Positions 35,527 to 37,858 of a stretch of 37,858 nt of DNA are shown here, piece after piece. Location: the NCBI GenBank assembly GCA_036338695.1, contig JAYZBQ010000081.1, positions 1 to 37,858 on the forward strand. The letters run 5' to 3'. Origin of the DNA: Myxococcota bacterium. GTDB taxonomy: Bacteria; Myxococcota; UBA4151. Position 1 is the first letter of the stretch, and each line of letters starts with the position of its first letter. The notes under the pieces were generated by a model. The model ran no database searches and was not told the DNA's origin. It saw only the letters and a list, made by a program, of their open reading frames with translations. A program made the position numbers and the translations under genes.

Positions 35527-36192
35527 CTCTTCCAGCCGGTAGCCCATCCGTTCAAGCGGCTCGCTCAGGTCTCCGGGTAGCGGAGCGGTGAATCGCAAGC
35601 TGGCGCCGGTGCTTGGGTGGGTCAGCTCAAGCTGCCAGGCGTGCAGCGCAAGTCGATGCAGCTGGTAGGTTGACCGAGCGGCTCGATTGAGCGCGCCTTT
35701 GCCGTAGTTGACGTCCCCAATGATCGGGTGATTGAGGTGCTTGAGGTGACGCCTGATCTGATGGGTGCGACCTGTGAGCGGTTGCGCCAGCACCAAGCTG
35801 GTCTCACGCGGGCTGGTGGCGGCTTGAGCGAGGCAGCGAAGGTCGGTCTGTGCCTCGACGCGCGCCTCGCCCGGTGCCTTGGGGATGGCGTAATCGAGAC
35901 GCCCTTCAAACTGGAACGAGCCACGAACCAGCGCCAGATACTGCTTGCGGACCGCTCGGGCGCGAAAGGCGGCGCTGACGGTCGAGGCGGCTGATGCGTT
36001 CAAGGCGAAGGCGATCACGCCGCTGGTGCTGCGGTCGAGCCGGTGGAGGACATGCAACCGCTCTGCGTTGGTTTGAGCCTTGAGGCGCTCGACCAGGCTG
36101 GACTCCGTGACGCCCCACCCCTGATGCACGATGACGCCCGATGGCTTGGAGACCACCAAGAGGTCCTCGTCATGGTGCAGGATCTTGATCAT
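35512..36192 (-). CDS. truC: RluA-family pseudouridine synthase, TruC-like
   Basis: KPSGVIVH, HRLDRSTSG, KQYLALVRG, TGRTHQIRRHL, HPIIGD, RLALHA; no S4 domain; likely start MIKILHHD. Confidence 0.75.
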   Translation of the reverse strand: MIKILHHDEDLLVVSKPSGVIVHQGWGVTESSLVERLKAQTNAERLHVLHRLDRSTSGVIAFALNASAASTVSAAFRARAVRKQYLALVRGSFQFEGRLDYAIPKAPGEARVEAQTDLRCLAQAATSPRETSLVLAQPLTGRTHQIRRHLKHLNHPIIGDVNYGKGALNRAARSTYQLHRLALHAWQLELTHPSTGASLRFTAPLPGDLSEPLERMGYRLEELQLN

Positions 36193-36248
36193 CGCCCATG
36201 TGCTGGCTTCTTGTGCGATCAAACGCAAGTCACGCAGCCGAGGCGGTG

Positions 36249-37283
36249 CTAGCCCAGGCTGACCTCGCCTGCGAGGTTCGTGTCAAACCACTCACGGAGC
36301 GTCTTTTCGGGTTGAGCGAGCGCCCACATGGTCTTGGTGATCGCCGCCTCGAAGGTCATATCGCGTGCTGGGATGGCGCCGGCGTCGACGAGGGCGCGAC
36401 CGCCAGGATACATCGACAGGTCCGTGTGCCCGCGATAGCACTGGCTCGAGATCACCAATTCGAGGTTGTTTCCCGATGCGTCGGCGAGGAGCGGGCGCAG
36501 GTCCGATAAGCCACCGATCGGCACATTGCCGACACCAAAGCCACGAATCAACACGGCGCGCAGCACCCCGGCCTCGACCGACGTCTTGATGTTTTTTGCC
36601 ACCATCGCCGTGTCCACGCCGGGGAACAAGGTGAGCGCGAGCACGCGCGTATCGAGCTGATCTTTGAGCACAAACGCGGCGCCTGGGTCGTGGGCGGGCT
36701 GCGGGATCAGGCTCAGCTCGGTACCGATCTGACCGATGGTTCCAAAGCTGGGCGCCGCAAAGGCGTTGTAGCTGCGCGCATCGATCTTGGAGGAGCGGCA
36801 GGCGCGTAAGATGGAGTCGCCAAAGACGATGCACACCTCCGGCAGCTGGCGCGTGGCGCATTCGACCGCAGCGGCGAGGTTGGCGCGCGCATCGGTGCGC
36901 CAGGCGTCGAGCGGCCGCTGACTGCCGGTAAAGACGACCGGCCGGTCCAGGTGGCGCAACATGTAGGCCATCATCGAGGCGGTGTAAGCCAGCGTATCTG
37001 TGCCGTGGATCACCACGACGCCCGAATAGCCCCCGGGACGCCCCAAGCCACCTTGGGTCACGATCAATTCAGCGAGGGCTCGCCAATGATCCGGCCCGAT
37101 GTCTGAGCTGTCGTGATTCCACGGCGCGATCAGGTCGATGTCGGCCATCTCCGAGAGCTCGGGGACCCGATCGGTGAGCCGAGCGAGATGCTCCTCTTCA
37201 CCGAGCTCGAGCCGTGTCCCCTCGGGCAGTTGCATCCCCAAGGTGCCGCCGGTGTGGATCATGAGGACGCTCGGACGCGACAT
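36249..37283 (-). CDS. ansA: L-asparaginase type I (cytoplasmic)
   Basis: AGGAG RBS before ATG at 37283; TGGTLGM, HDSS, HGTDT, TGSQ, GFGVGN, DMTFEAA. Confidence 0.88.
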   Translation of the reverse strand: MSRPSVLMIHTGGTLGMQLPEGTRLELGEEEHLARLTDRVPELSEMADIDLIAPWNHDSSDIGPDHWRALAELIVTQGGLGRPGGYSGVVVIHGTDTLAYTASMMAYMLRHLDRPVVFTGSQRPLDAWRTDARANLAAAVECATRQLPEVCIVFGDSILRACRSSKIDARSYNAFAAPSFGTIGQIGTELSLIPQPAHDPGAAFVLKDQLDTRVLALTLFPGVDTAMVAKNIKTSVEAGVLRAVLIRGFGVGNVPIGGLSDLRPLLADASGNNLELVISSQCYRGHTDLSMYPGGRALVDAGAIPARDMTFEAAITKTMWALAQPEKTLREWFDTNLAGEVSLG

Positions 37284-37382
37284 GGGCTCTCCTGTCACAC
37301 CGCGCTTAGTGCCTGCCGCAAAGCCTTGCAAGAGGTGCTGAGGGCGGTAGCGGTCGATCGCCTTTCCGGCTAGAGCCACATT

Positions 37383-37858
37383 ATGATCCGAGCAACGCGC
37401 AGCGCACGCCTCAAAAGGCTCCACGAGGCCCTCAGCGAGGGAGAGCCGGTCTCGCTCAATGCGCTGATCGAGGTGGCGGGCGGCGACCACGCCAGCGTCG
37501 TGGGGGATTTGCGCCACCTGCGCAGCGATCTCGGAGCGCCGCTGCGGTTCAGCGATGGTGGCTATCGGTACCTGTCCGAGTTTGAGCTCCCCGTTCTTGC
37601 CGTCTGTCTGCAGCAGTACGAGCTTCAGTCGAGCGTCGTCTCGGAGGGTCCTGAGTTGGTCTGGAGCGCTCAGCATCTCGAGCTCGACTATCCGGTACAG
37701 GTTCGTGCGATGTTGGGCGGCGCTGAGATCGCGCACCACATGGAGGTGCGCAGTCGCACGCTCGCTCGCCTCGCGCATCCTGCGATCCTGCCGATCTATG
37801 ATCGAGGTCGGATCGATGAAGACACGGCGAATGAGAGCAACGGTCAGTTCGAGCGTGA
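37383..37858 (+). CDS. 3'-truncated protein: N-terminal winged-helix HTH fused to a degenerate protein-kinase N-lobe
   Basis: Manually translated open frame from ATG 37383 to the window end: MIRATRSARLKRLHEAL...VVGDLRHLRSDLGAPLRFSDGGYRY...YELQSSVVSEGPELVWSAQHLELDYPVQVR...LARLAHPAILPIYDRG. Absent from the ORF track, presumably because it has no stop in the window. Confidence 0.8.
   Translation, partial: MIRATRSARLKRLHEALSEGEPVSLNALIEVAGGDHASVVGDLRHLRSDLGAPLRFSDGGYRYLSEFELPVLAVCLQQYELQSSVVSEGPELVWSAQHLELDYPVQVRAMLGGAEIAHHMEVRSRTLARLAHPAILPIYDRGRIDEDTANESNGQFER

Noticed and set aside
37343..37352. GGCGGTAGCG resembling the RfaH ops element
   Set aside because: It lacks the terminal TG of ops, is not upstream of a polysaccharide or secretion operon, and is easily generated by chance in GC-rich DNA.
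37284..37778. 165-aa N-terminal extension of the asparaginase in the ORF track (509 aa)
   Set aside because: The asparaginase domain starts at ATG 37283 with a good AGGAG RBS; the extension is the antisense shadow of the + strand HTH-kinase ORF.
1..37858. tRNA/rRNA genes, intrinsic terminators, IS or prophage elements
   Set aside because: Intergenic gaps are short (at most about 160 bp), and I saw no cloverleaf, no hairpin followed by a U-tract, and no transposase, integrase or phage motifs; a covariance-model scan would be needed to exclude small RNAs.

Overview
High-GC, densely coding bacterial chromosomal window. The gene content points to Myxococcota: a MYXO-CTERM-type sorting tail, CglD-like lipoproteins, DUF4388/J-domain/TPR proteins, an HRDVTPQN-type Ser/Thr kinase and Cys-rich repeat proteins. 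About 26 CDS are supportable. I saw no rRNA, tRNA, CRISPR array or mobile element. Housekeeping genes (rfbB, rfbD, argS, a SPOR protein, yhbY, truC, a type I asparaginase, an ABC-2 pair, SCO) are interleaved with signalling and surface genes. The most interesting items are: (1) an orphan 1193-aa Cys-free protein with no signal peptide, made of a very long beta-meander plus a Gly-rich hairpin domain, directly downstream of a PP2C-cNMP / FHA-GGDEF operon; (2) a possible phosphothreonine writer/eraser/reader circuit controlling c-di-GMP, with shared ExT-hydrophobic motifs; (3) a tandem pair of integrin-like CglD paralogs differing by exactly four Ca-binding repeats and by the length of their Cys-rich tails; (4) an ORF missing from the supplied track, running off the right edge, that fuses a WYL-regulator-type winged helix to a degenerate kinase N-lobe. 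All assignments come from reading motifs by eye; no database searches were run.
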